The notes beneath the pieces are model-generated. The model was not told where the DNA came from and did no database searches. It saw only the letters and a program-made list of their open reading frames with translations. Positions 12,289 through 24,559 of a DNA stretch of 64,000 nt are shown piece by piece. The translations under genes were made by a program, and so were the position numbers. The stretch is from Narcine bancroftii. Lineage: Eukaryota. Within the stretch, counting starts at the first letter, position 1; each line of letters opens with the position of its first letter. The stretch is taken from the NCBI RefSeq assembly GCF_036971445.1, contig NC_091469.1, positions 379,068,001 through 379,132,000 of the forward strand, written 5' to 3'.

Positions 12289-15200
12289 ATGGTCATGTTG
12301 AATTATATGACTTTTTTTCTTCTTTGGCTTGGCTTTGCAGATGAAGATTTATGGAGGGGTATGTCCACGTCTGCTGCAGGCTCGTTGGTGACTGACAAGT
12401 CCGATGCAGGACAGGCAGGCACGGTTGCAGCGGTTCCAAGGGAAAATTGGTTGGTTGGGGTTGGGGTTGGGTGTTGGGTTTTTCCTCCTTTGTCTTTTGT
12501 CAGTGAGGTGGGCTCTGTGGTCTTCTTCAAAGGAGGTTGCAGCCCGCCGAACTATAAACATTAATGGAATACATAACCAAATTAAAAGAAAGTGGCTACT
12601 AAATTTATTGAAGAAGGAAAAAATAGATATAGCATTTATGCAGGAAACGCATCTAACTGAAGCGGAACATATCAAACTAAAGAGAGACTGGGTAGGACAC
12701 GTAATGGCAGTATCTTATAATTCAAAAGCTAGAGGTGTAGCCATACTAGTTAACAAAAATGTACCAATCAAAATAGAGGAGGAAATAATAGATCCGGCAG
12801 GGAGGTATGCAATGATAAAGTGTCAGATATACTCAGAATTTTGGAATTTGATCAATATATATGCGCCTAACAAGGTGGATCAAAAGTTTATGCAGGATAT
12901 TTTTTTGAAGATTGCAAAAACACAAGGAAATATATTGATAGGAGGGGATTTTAACCTTAATTTGGACCCAATGTTGGATAAAACTGGACAAATGACAAGT
13001 AAAAAGAATAAAGTAGCCAAATTTATGGTTAAATCAATGCAGGAAATGAAACATATGGATATATGGAGGAGGCAACACCCAAGAGAGAAGGAATTTTCAT
13101 ATTATTCGAATAGGCACAAAACTTACTCAAGGATTGATATGTTTTTGTTGTCAGCCCATATTCAAGGGAGAGTTAGGAAAACTGAGTACAAAGCAAGACT
13201 ACTATCAGATCATTCACCCCTATTATTAGCAATAGAACTGGAGGACATCCCACCAAGAACATATAGATGGAAGTTAAACTCCATGCTACTTAAAAGACAG
13301 GAATTTAGGGAATTTATTGAATGCTAAATTAAAGCATATTTTGAAATAAACACAGGATCAGTGAAAGACAAATTTATATTATGGGACGCAATGAAAGCCT
13401 TCATTAGAGGACAGGTAATAAGTTATGTGACTAAGATGATAAAGGATTACAATTGAGAAATAGAACAGTTGGAAAGGGAGATAGTAAGTACAGAAAAGAA
13501 ATTAGTAAAAAGGGATGATGTAATGAAAAGGAGAGAATTGGCAGACAAAAAAAAAATTAAATACGAAACAAGGTGGAGAAGAACATCATGAAAATAAAGC
13601 AAAAGTATTATGAACTGGGAGAAAAAAACACATCAAATATTAGCCTGGCAACTTAAAACAGAACAAGCTAAAAGAATGATACTGGCATCAAGGAAAAAGA
13701 ACAAACAAATTACATATAATCCAACAGAGATTAATGAAAATTTTAAGGAATTTTATGAACAATTGTATCAAACTGAGAATGAGGGGAAAGATGATGAAAT
13801 AGAGGAATTTTTAGCTAAAATTGAACTTCCGAAATTGCAAGAAGAGGAACAAAACAAACTAATAAAACCATTTGAAATAGAGGAAGTACAGGATATATTA
13901 AAAAAGCTGGCGAACAATAAAACACCAGGAGAGGACGGATTTCCAATAGAATTTTGTAGAACATTTAAAGAGTTATTAATTCCTTCTCTCCTGGATGTAA
14001 TGAACCAGAGACAAGAAACACAAAACTTGCCAGATTCATCTAAGACAGCAATAATTACTGCCAAAGACGGGGAAGGATCCATTAACACCAGCATCATATA
14101 GACCAATATCTCTACTTAACTCAGACTATAAGATAAGAGAGAAATTATTAGCAAAAAGATTGGCTGATTGTGTACCTAAAATAGTAAAACAAGATCAAAC
14201 TGGATTTATTAAGAAAAGACGAACAGTGGACAATGTCTGCAAACTTATTAATCTAATCCACGCAGTTCAAGGAAATAAGAAACCAACAGTGGCTGTTGCT
14301 TTAGACACAGAAAAAGCCTTTGACAGAATAAAGTGGAATTATTATTTAAAGTATTACAGAAGTTCAATCTACCAGAAAAATATATAAATTGGATTAAAGC
14401 ATTGTATAATGGACTGTTGGGGAAGGTAACAGTAAATGGATATGTATCGAATCACTTTAAATTAAGTAGGTCAACTAGACAGGGATGTTCACTATCCCCC
14501 TCATTGTTCGCCTTAGCAATAGAACTTTTGGCAGATCTGATAAGAATAGAAAATAAAATAAAAGGGATAAAAATAAAGGAGAGGGAGTATAAAATCAGCT
14601 TACTTACAGATAACATCATATTATACCTAACAGAACCAGAGGTATCAGTAAAATAATTACATAAGAAATTGAAGGAATATGGAGAAATATCAGGGTACAA
14701 GACCAATGCAAATATAAGTGAAGTGATGCCAATGAGTAATGCAGACTATACAGAATTTAAAAAAGAATCACAATTTAAATGGCAAGCACAAGATATCTGA
14801 TACATAGGAATCAGCTTAGATAATAAGCCATTTGTACAAACTAAATTATCAGCCACTAATAAAGAAATTGAAGGAAGACTTAGAACATTGGAAAGAATTA
14901 CCGCTAATGTTGATAGGGAGGGTAAACTCCATTAAAATGAATGTGTTCCCAAGGATACAATACTTACTTCAAACATTACCAATTCCCTGAAAAGAAAAAT
15001 TCTTTAAGGAACTAAAGAGAATAATAGGAAAATTCTTGTGGAAAGGGAGAAATCCAAGGGTAGCGTTAGATAAATTAACAGAGAGGTATAATCAAAGTGG
15101 TTTACAGTTACAAAATTTTAGAAATTATTATAGAGCCACACAAATTTATCAAATTTTTACCAGACAAGGGAAAAACCAGACTGGACTAAGATAGAGCTAG

Positions 15201-16282
15201 ATAAAATAGGGGGAAAGGCACTGGAACATATACTTTATAAGTGGGATGAAAAGCTGGTGCAATATAAAAACTCACCAGTACTGCATCATTTACTTAATAC
15301 ATGGAAGAAGATCCACTTAGAAAGGAAAATAATGAATTATCAAATACCAAAATTACTATTGACGCAAAATCCTCTAATCTCTTTTACAATAGACAACCTT
15401 TCCTTTAGAGAATGGGAGAGAAAGGGAATCAAAAGAATAGAAAACTGTTTTTTGGGAAATAATTTATTAACATTTGAACAGTTGAAGTACAAATATGGAA
15501 TAACTCATGGTACAATGTTTGCATATCATCAATTGAAAGCTTATTTAAAGGATACATTGGGAAACAGCTTGAGATTACCTGAAGGAAGCAGCTTTGAATA
15601 TGTGATTACAGACATAATGATAATCAAACGATTTATAGCCAACATGTACATTAAGCTGCAAGATAAGGAAAATGAAATAAACTATAAACCTAAGCAGAAG
15701 TGAGAAAAGGATCTAAACAAAGATAAAAAATGAAGTATGGGAAAAGTTATGCTCTTGAACTATGAAGAATACAATAAACACAAGGTTACGCATGATACAG
15801 TATAATTGGTTACACAGGGTATATATCACTCCTCAAAAATTAAAAAAATGGGATTCAACATTATCAGATAGATGTTTTTGCTGTAAGAAGGAAATGGGAA
15901 CAACAGTTTGGGCATGTACAAAAGTAAATACGTTTTGGGAAGAATTAAATCAGATACTAAATAAAATTACAAAAAATAACATACAAAAAAGCTAGATATT
16001 TCTTTTAAGTAACATAAGAAGTAGAGAATTAGGCCTCAAATTGGATAAAGTGCAAAAAAATTCATTATGATAGCCTTAGCGATAGCAAAAAAATGTATAA
16101 TGTCAATTTGGAAAATGGAAGAGAGCATGAGAATACAACAATGGTACATGGAAATGAATAAATGTATTTCATTGGAAAAAATAACATATAATTTAAAAAA
16201 TAAAGTCACATTATTTGAACAAATTTGGGAACCATACATGAAACATATCAGAGAGAGCTTGCCTACAACCTCCATCCTCTAA
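12289..16282 (+). pseudogene. L1 ORF2p (APE endonuclease, RT, cysteine-rich C-terminus), disrupted
   Basis: EN motifs QETHL, NIYAPN, GGDFN, YSRID, SDH. RT motifs KTPGEDG, YRPISLLN, QTGF, EKAFD, TRQGCSLSP, with the active site mutated to LLTDN. C-terminal DRCFCC. Many stops and frameshifts. Confidence 0.93.
12313..12553 (-). mobile_element. RTE 3' fragment inserted after codon 8 of L1 ORF2
   Basis: Near-identical to 4511-4737. Removing it restores MVMLNYMT-ININGIHN. Confidence 0.92.
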
Positions 16283-16513
16283 AATGAGAATGAAAATGAT
16301 AAGACAAAACGACTAGATTCAGTGTGTAATAAATAGATGACGTATTTTTCTTGTTTATTTTCCTTTGTGTGAAAATATTGTTTTCTGGTTTTATTGTATT
16401 GTGAATGTACATTAAGCAAACAGTGGGAGAAGAGACCACTGTGTAAATTTAATGATACGTTTGTACATATTTTGGTTGATATTGTTCACAGTGTGAAAAA
16501 TAAATTAAAAAAA

Positions 16514-17970
16514 AAGATTGATAAGTTCCCGGGGCTGGACGGAATATATTCCAGGCTGCTGTGGGAAATGAGAAAAGAGATAGCTGGGGCAGTAGCTATG
16601 ATCTTTGAATCCTCTTTGGCCTCATGGAATGTGCCAAAGGATTGGAGAATGGCAAATGTAGGCCAGTGAATCTTACATCAGTGCTGTGTAAATTAATGGA
16701 GAGGATTCTTAAGAATAGGATCTATGAGCATTTGAAGAAGAATAGTCTACACAAGGATAGTCAGCATGGCTTTGTGAAGGGAAGGTCATGTCTCTTGAGT
16801 CTGATGAGTTTTTTGAAAAGGTAACAAAAGAAATAGATGAGGCAGGGTGGTGGATGTAGTCTCCATGGATTTTAGCAAGGCATTTGGCAAGGTCCCCCAT
16901 GAGAGACTCATGCAAAAAGTCATGATACATGGGATCAGTGGAAAATTAGCTGCATGGAAAAAATAATTGGCTTGTTGGAAGAAAGCAGAGAGTAGTGTGG
17001 AAGGAGAGTATTCAGCCTGGTGGTCAGTGACCAGTGCAGAGGTGCAGGGATCTGTTCTGGGACCCCAGCTCTTTGTGATCTTTATAAATGATCTGGATGA
17101 AGAGGCAGATGGATGAGTCAGTGAGTTTGCAGATGACATGAAGGGTGAAGGAGTTGTGGATGGAGCTGAAAGTTGTTGAAGGTTACAAGAGGATAAAGAC
17201 AGGATGCAGAGTTGGGTACAAATGTGGCAGATGGATTTCAGTCCAGATATGTGAGATGATGCATTTTGGAAGGACAAACCAGGAGACTGAGAACAGGGTT
17301 AATTGTTGGTTACTAAAGAGTGTGTCAACCCACAGGTTGATAAGATAGTTAAGAAGGCCTATGGGGTGCTGGGCTTCATTAATAGGGGGATTAAGTTCAG
17401 GAGTAGAGAAGTCATGTTACAACTCTACAAATCTCTGGTAAGACCACACAGAGTATTGTCTTCAGTTCTGGTCACCTCATTATAGGAAGGATGTGGAAGC
17501 TATGGAGAGAGTGCAGAGGAGATTTAGAGAATGTTTCCTGGATTGGAAAACAACTCCTATGAGGTAAGGTTAGCAGAGCTGGGACTTTCCTCTTTGGTGC
17601 GTAGAAGGATGAGAGGAGACCTGATAGAGGTCTACAAGATTTTGAGACAGAGATATAGTGGACAGCCAGCACCTGTTTCCCAAGGTAGGAACAGCAAACA
17701 CCAGAGGACATATGTACAAAGTTAAGGGAGGGAAGTTTAAAGGAGACATCAGGGATAAGTTTAAAAAAAAAGAGTTGTGGGTGCCTGGAATGCCTTGCCG
17801 AGGATGGTGATGGAGGCTGAAACACTGGGGCATTTAAGAGTCTCTTAGATAGACACATGGATGAAAGAAAAATAGAGGGTTATGGGGTAGGGAGGGTTTA
17901 GTTTTTTTTCTTTGGTCGGCACAACATCGACGTTTGAAGGGCTTGTACTGTGCTGTATTGCTCTATATAT
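16514..17970 (+). mobile_element. CR1 LINE, right part (RT and 3' end), degenerate
   Basis: IDKFPGLDGIYSRLL, RPVNLTSV, SQHGFVKGRSCL, MDFSKAF, QGSVLGP, FADD, RRRMRGDLIEVYKI and the CR1 3' UTR. Confidence 0.88.
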
Positions 17971-18584
17971 TCATGTTTGTCTGAGGAGTTAAAATTTATA
18001 CCTGGCTTGACTTAAATGTTCCAAATGTACTTCAGAATTGGAGCTGCTGATTTGGGTCCATGGCTTTGATTGGTGCTCTAGCCTCTTGAATGTTGGGGAG
18101 GGATTTGATCCTCATCTTAAGGTGGTTATGGCAATGGAGATGGCAACAGTTATGGCTATGGAGATGGGGGTCATTACAGTGAGCACAGGGGAGGCAGTGG
18201 TCATTGGAAGAACCAAGGGGAGCAGTTGTGGCGGTGGAGGCCAGTAAGACCGGGAAGAGGATGAAGGCTACTCGGGTAAGAACTGGAACTGGCATGGCCA
18301 CTGCTGCTACAGAGATTGATCCTACCCGAACTGTTTGCGACAGCACAGGGTGACTGTACCAGATTCCCATCCACTGGCCGAGAACCGAATGGCTCTTGGA
18401 AAGACAGGAATCCGCTGGGAAGGAATCAGATCTACCTGATATGTTAAATGCTGGAAATCCAGTCTGACTGTATAATTAATTCATCTTGTTACTTTGCTTT
18501 TACCATTCTTTTTGTGCATTTTAAATCCAAAGTGGTTCTGGAGTACACTGATTTCTGTATGGTGCTTGTATAGGTTTTTCACTG

Positions 18585-18910
18585 CATAGAACAGGAACAG
18601 GTCCTTCAGCCCACAACATCTTCACCTAACATGAGGCCTAAATAAACTCAGACTCTGCTGCTGTACATGGGCCCTCCATTCCATGCTCGAAGCCTTTTCA
18701 GTGCTAATACCATATCAGCTTCCACTACTGCTGCTGGCAGCATGTTCCAGGCAGTGACCTTTCTGTTTCTTGCACATTTTAAAGAAACTTTCACACCTCC
18801 ACTCAGCCCAATCACCATAGACCCACAACCTCTAGTATTTGACCTTTTTACTCTTTGAAACCGATTCTGCCTGTCTTCCCTATCTATGCCACCCATAATT
18901 TTATGAACTT
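18585..18910 (-). mobile_element. CR1 3' fragment
   Basis: Minus ORF with IEVHKIMGGIDR...TRG...WNMLPAAVVEA. Confidence 0.65.
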
Positions 18911-19409
18911 CTATTTGTATAACAATAAACAGTAAATCTAATTTTAAAAGGAAATGAATAATTTGCAATCAAGCACAAGGACCAAAGGCTCATTAGTGAA
19001 ATGTTCCTTCACTTGTTTGGGTCATGGTGGTGTAAAGATTGTAACACTTGCTGAAGTGTGTGCACCTTGAATACAGCCAAGCTATTTGACTGGCAGAGAT
19101 GGGACTTTCTCCAGATGTTCACGTGCGTCCTTGCAGCATGGGTTAACTGATTGTGATAAAAAATTAAGTCCCTGATCAGTTCCTCTACTACCTAAGCCAA
19201 AGTAGTACTTATTAATATCCTGGCTAATAGTTCTGTCAAACTAATATTTTGGCTGATTATATTGTAACTATCTTGGCTGACACCAGAGGTAATGAATCAA
19301 TTTCTTGCACCTGGATGATGCTGCTGTCCGAGTAACATCATAACCTACCAGTTGTAATTGGGTGTTCAAAATGTGGGCATCAAACATTGGAATGAAAGAA
19401 GTAAATCAC

Positions 19410-19705
19410 AAAATTCTGTAGACACCGTGGTTGAAATAAAAACACAAAATGCTGGAGAAGCCCAGCAGGTCAAACAGGATCCTTCATGTAGCAGTGTTAA
19501 AGATACAGAACTGACATCTTGGGCTTGGGCCCTTCATCAAGGTATGAGAAAATGCTAGCAAGTGTCAAAACAAAAGGGATGGGGGTCATGGCAAGGCAGG
19601 AGATGATAGGTGGAAAAAGGAAGGAGGGGACAGCAGCAATGAGGAGGAGGGGAGGCAGTGATGGTAGGGCTGTGTGGGTGAAAGAACAGGAAGGGCAGGA
19701 AAGGA
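19410..19705 (-). mobile_element. Penelope-derived terminal (pLTR-like) fragment
   Basis: Shares gacaccgtggttgaa...aatgctggagaa..cagcaggtcaaaca...gcccttcatcaaggtatg with the copies at 27975 and 29697, which are joined to GIY-YIG coding remnants. Confidence 0.6.
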
Positions 19706-19992
19706 TTTAAGTGGTATGTGAGTGGAAAGAAAAAAGTTGAAAACCACTGTTTTAATCGTACCTAATTGACTTGTTATGTGCACAGTTTCATAACTCCAAA
19801 GGAAATGGGCCAATGACAATTTTTCTCAAGCAAAATATTTCAGTAACAATTGGGTCTAGAACAATGATTCTCAACCTTTTATCCCCATTCACATACCACC
19901 TCAAGTAATCCCTTACTATTCACAGAGCACCTATGGCATAGGGATTACTTAAGGTGGCATGCGAGTGGAAATAAAAAGTTTGAAAACTACTG
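19706..19992. mobile_element. hAT (Charlie-like) palindromic MITE: complete unit 19862-19992 plus a half unit 19706-19749
   Basis: CAATGATTCTCAACCTTTT...AAAAAGTTTGAAAACTACTG termini with long internal inverted symmetry. The right arm is repeated at 19706-19749. TSD not recognisable. Confidence 0.7.
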
Positions 19993-20059
19993 GAATTACA
20001 CACTCATTGAGGAAAGTAAAACCTTCACATTCACACAGACTAATGAAAAGGTGCACTGT

Positions 20060-20440
20060 CCCCTATTCAACTTTATTATCATCTGACTATATGTACAACC
20101 CAATCAAACAACATTTCTCTAGACTATAGTGCACACACAGTACGTGTCACATGAAATCACATATATACATAAAGATATAATTTAAAATATATATTAATAT
20201 TTTGGGGTGATGTACTCAGTTACAGGATATGGTTCATCAATCTTACAGCATGTGGGAAGAAGCTATTTCCCAGACTGGCAGTACTGATTTTGATGCTCCT
20301 GTACCACCACCTTGATGATAATAGGTCAAAAATCCTGTGGATGGAAAAGGACCTCAATAACTTTTGAGCCCTTTTTTAAGCAACACTCCCAGGAAATGCT
20401 ATCAATAGAGGAAAGGGAGATCCCAGTGATCTTCTCAGCC
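20060..20440 (-). mobile_element. Rex1/Babar-like LINE 3' fragment
   Basis: Reverse-strand remnant of PLSRW(Y)RSIKISTASLGNSFFPHAVRLMN and a 3' UTR ending in AATAAA. Confidence 0.55.
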
Positions 20441-22554
20441 ATTAATATATTTCCTTATGGGAATAAACGGTTTATAATTTGAGTATTCATTTTAAAATCG
20501 TTAACCAGACAAAAAGTGGTTTTTGGGTCATATAATCCAGGCAAGATACTGATCGCAATGAACAGGTGTTTCCACAGTGCTTGAAGAATCTTGTTTTAGG
20601 CTGTTATCACTGAGCACCATCTGTCATCATGCTGGTATTATAATTACTGTGCAAGTAAGAGACTGCTCTTGTGTTTCCACTATTGCTGCAATCTCCAAAT
20701 AAATGCTGGTGTCACCAACAATGCCTGTATCCCATGAAGAAAGAATCAAACATAAACAAAACGCAACCACCTCATATTGTTAGCATCCAGGGATTTGCTG
20801 AAAGATTTGCTGCCAAGAATAGACCTGCAGATGGTATATTTTAAGATCATAGAAGATCTGTGAGGCAAGTGGAAGCCATTTGGCCTATTCTCTCCGTGTG
20901 ATGTTTGAGAAATAGCTACTCAGCTAACTACTACCTTCCAGTATCTTGTCTGCTGATCATAGCTCTTCACAGAAACATCCAGGCACTGTTTCAATCTGAG
21001 GAGGGCTCTGCCTCTTCCACATTTTAAGCCAGTAAGTTCCCAACTCTACCTCTACACAGGTGAAAAGAAAATCCACATCTCTTCTCTAATCCTGCCAATT
21101 ACTTTAAGATGAGATCCCCTGGTTTATGGTCCTGTGCCAAGGTGAATAAATGCCTCCTATTTACTTTATCTAGGCCCCTTGTAATTTCACAAAGGAAGAC
21201 CTCATCATAAAGGACCCCCATAACCCTGGCCTGGTCACAACCTTTTCTCACTGCTGCTTTTGGGCAGAAGATACAGAAGCCTGGAGACCAGCTCCTGCTG
21301 GTTAAAGAAGAGTTCCTTTCCAACAGATATTAGGGTCCTGAACTTTCTTGCACCACCCTAAACAGAAGTTACTCCAGGGCCACATAAACACCAGCATTTT
21401 CTTTTCTCTTGCACCAACTGTACCTGTGAATATTTACATATTATCTATCCTTTATATTTATTATCTCCATACTGGAATAATATAGTGTCATTGTTTTTAA
21501 TCTTTACAACAGTACCTGCTTGACTGCAGCAAGAAAGGATTTTGATGCAAGCACACAATCTACTTGTGTATATGATACTGAACATGAACATGATCAATCT
21601 AGTTTCCCCACCACTGTTCCAAACAAAACAACCGTGAATCAGCAACTTTTTCCCTTGTGGCTATAATGTTGCAGTCCTGGCAAACACGGTTGTCGATCTC
21701 CTCTGCACCCATCCAGTACATTACATGCTTCCTGTGAAGAGGCGACCGGAATCGTGTGCAGCATGAACTCTATTGTTTACAGTTCTACAATAACCTCTCT
21801 GCTCCATTATGTCCCTCGAATAGTACTAATGTAAAGAAACAATGGACCAATCTGTCCTGCTCCTTTTCAAGAGGTGTGGATTCCAAGGGTCCTCTGTTGC
21901 TCCACCTTACTCAAAATTTATTGTGTATTCCCTTGGCTTTGACCTTCCTCAAATGTGAGGCATCTTTTGATTTTATTTTAGTTAACTTGTCAGTTGGCTT
22001 AGTTTTTCTGGTTTCCCTTTCAATTTTATCCAGTCTGCCAGGCTGATTTGCATTCACATAGATGCTTCCAGTCTGTTTTTGCTCATTGCCAGTGGAGTAA
22101 AATCGGCTTTGTCTCAGAAGGCTGTTCTGAGCTTTCCTGCTGAACAAAGTTACACAAGGAAGTCTGCCTGTTTTTGTTTATACCTGATGAAAGGCCCAGA
22201 CCCAGATTGTAGCTGCCCTTTACTTCCCATTGATGTTGAACAACCTGCTGAGTTTTTCCAGTGTGTTTGTTTATTGCACTGAGCTTTCCTGCAGACCATT
22301 TAAAAAACCTCTGTTCACACTCCATCAACAGCACTCTTATTATTTTTTTGTCTGACAATCATGTACCACAGTTTCTTGAAGGGTGGGTGATTTGGTGCTG
22401 CTACAAGAGAAGGAATTCTTCTTCTGTGTTTCCCTCTGTCAAGTGCTATCAATATGTTTTTGGGCCATTCATTTAGGAACAAACAATGGACAATATGTGC
22501 ATTGACATTGAAACATGGAAGGCTTCCAATGCAACATCTTGAGGAGACTCTTCT

Positions 22555-23625
22555 ATTAAGAAAGGATATAGTTGTAGTAGTAGATAATTATTTGTCAGGA
22601 TGGAATCCGGTGACAAGCGGTGTACCTCAGGGATTGTGACCGTTGCTGTTTGTCATATATATAAATGATCTGAAGGATGGGGTGGTAAATTGGATTAGTA
22701 AATATGCAGATGATACTAAAACAGGAGGAATTGTGGATGATGAAGAGGGTTTTCAAAGATCGCAGAGGGATTTAAACTGCTTAGAGGACTGGGCAGAAAG
22801 ATGGCAGATGGAGTTTAATGCTGATAAGTGTGAGGTGCTTCATTTTGGAAAGAATAATCAAAGCAAGACATATGTGGTAAATGGGAGGGCATTGAAGAAT
22901 GCAGTGGAGCAGAAAGATCTAGGAATAATGGTGCATTGTTCCCTGAAGGCAGGAGCGCATGTGAATAGGGTGATGAAGAAGGCCCTTAGTATGCTTGCCT
23001 ATATAAATCAGTGCATAGAATATAGGAGTTGGGAAGTAATGATGAAACTGTACAAGGCATTGGTAAGACCAAATTTAGAGTACTGTGTGCAGTTCTGGTC
23101 ACCGATTTATAGGAAGGATATTAACAAGATAGAGAGAGTGCAGAAAAGATTTATAAAAATGTTGCCTGGGTTTCAGCATCTGGAATACAAGGAAAGATTG
23201 AGCAAATTAGGTCTTTATTCCTTGGAGTGTAGAAGGTTGAGAGGGGATTTGATAGAGGTGTTTAAGATAATGAGAGAGATAGATAGAGTTGATGTGGAAA
23301 GGCTTTTCCCATTGAGAGTAGGAGAGATGGATACAAGAGGTCATGGGTTGAGAGTTGACGGGCAAAGGTTTAGGAGTAACATGAGGGGGAACTTCTTTAC
23401 TCAGAGAGTGGTTACTGTGTGGAATGGGCTTCCGGGAAAGGTGGTGGAGGCAGGGTCAATTCCGTCATTTAAGAAAGAGTTGGATAAGTATATGGATGGG
23501 AGGGGAATGGAAGGATATGGGCAGAGTGCTGGTAAGTGGGATTAGAGGAGGGTACTTGGATCAGTGCAGACTAGAAGGGCCAAATTGGCCTGTTTCTGTG
23601 CTGTAATTGTTTTATGTTTATATAG
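22555..23625 (+). mobile_element. CR1 (HER1-like) LINE 3' part with an uninterrupted 300-codon RT C-terminus
   Basis: VTSGVPQG upstream. ORF 22643-23545 contains LFVIYINDL, KYADDTK (22700), LVRPNLEYCVQFWSP, RRLRGDLIEVFKI and WNGLP, followed by the CR1 3' UTR and simple tail. Confidence 0.93.
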
Positions 23626-24395
23626 AGCTGATTGTTAATCATCTAGATCTTGGTGTCCTCAAAAAACCTTACCTCTAGTCTTATTCTCGTCATATAGCAT
23701 CAAAATAGACCCAAGTCCATGGTGACCATCAAAGACTCAATTATTCTCATAATACACTAATTTTATTCTTCACACAGTCTCCCAGATCCTATCACTCATC
23801 TATCCACAGGTGACAATCAGCAGTGGCCAGTTAGTTAACCAACCCGCAAGTCTTTGGGATGGAGATGAAAACCTTTGATTGTGAGGATATTGTGGCCTCT
23901 CTGTCTGGAATCAGGTGGGAATGTGGATTGTGGAGAGTCATGTGACCTCTCTGGCTGGAGCCAAGTTGGAAGTCACCTCACCTCACCTGCCAGTCAAGGG
24001 TTAAATCTGCCACGATTGGTCCTTGCAGGTCATGTGGACAGGTCTTACATTGATAAGGCCGAGGATACGCAGTCTCTCTCCCTCTTTTTGTTGGCTGCTG
24101 CTGCAAGGAGACCATCACTGAACTCCAGGCTGCAGGCCATGGGCAGCTCCAGAGGACTGAATGCAATGGCTCCATACCAGATCCTTAGCCATGGGCAATG
24201 CTGGAGACCAGGTTCATTTGATATACTTGTTAGTTGTAATTCATTTACTGTTTGTTAGTGTGCTGTGCCTGCTAGAGATAGAGAGAGTTGATGGTACTGT
24301 GTGTTTAATCCTTGTGTTCCCTATTGAGAATTGAGAATGTTCAGTAGTGATTATTTGCACCTGATGTGTAGTTATTTGCATTTTATTCCAGGTTG

Positions 24396-24397
<2 letters not shown>

Positions 24398-24429
<32 letters not shown>
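24398..24429. repeat. (TG)n microsatellite inside the 5' LTR
   Basis: Direct reading of the TG run. Confidence 0.95.
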
Positions 24430-24432
<3 letters not shown>

Positions 24433-24537
24433 CTCTTTTGTGAATTCTCGTGAATAAATAAAGCCCACTGTTTGTTGATGACATATGTCCAGCCTTGATT
24501 CTCTTTGAACCCATCAAATGTATTCTTGAACAACATT

Positions 24538-24559
24538 TGGCACTATGAGCAGGGTTCAA
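24538..24559 (+). other. Primer-binding site complementary to the 3' end of tRNA-Ser
   Basis: TGGCACTATGAGCAGGGTTCAA, 2 nt after the LTR end. It matches TGGCGCTGTGAGCAGG(G/A)TTCGA, the complement of vertebrate tRNA-Ser 3' ends, with three G-to-A changes (two at CpG). Confidence 0.7.

Larger units (their letters stand above)
10196..16513 (+). mobile_element. Full-length (~6.3 kb) inactivated L1 retrotransposon
   Basis: 5' UTR, ORF1, spacer, ORF2, then AATAAA and a poly(A) tail at ~16499-16515. Imperfect ~20-bp TSD aagattgataa-ctcccgggg (10176-10195) / aagattgataagttcccgggg (16514-16534). Confidence 0.95.

Noticed and set aside
22643-23545. 300-aa open ORF as a host or domesticated gene
   Set aside because: It is the C-terminal part of a 5'-truncated CR1 RT with a normal 3' tail; openness is explained by youth.
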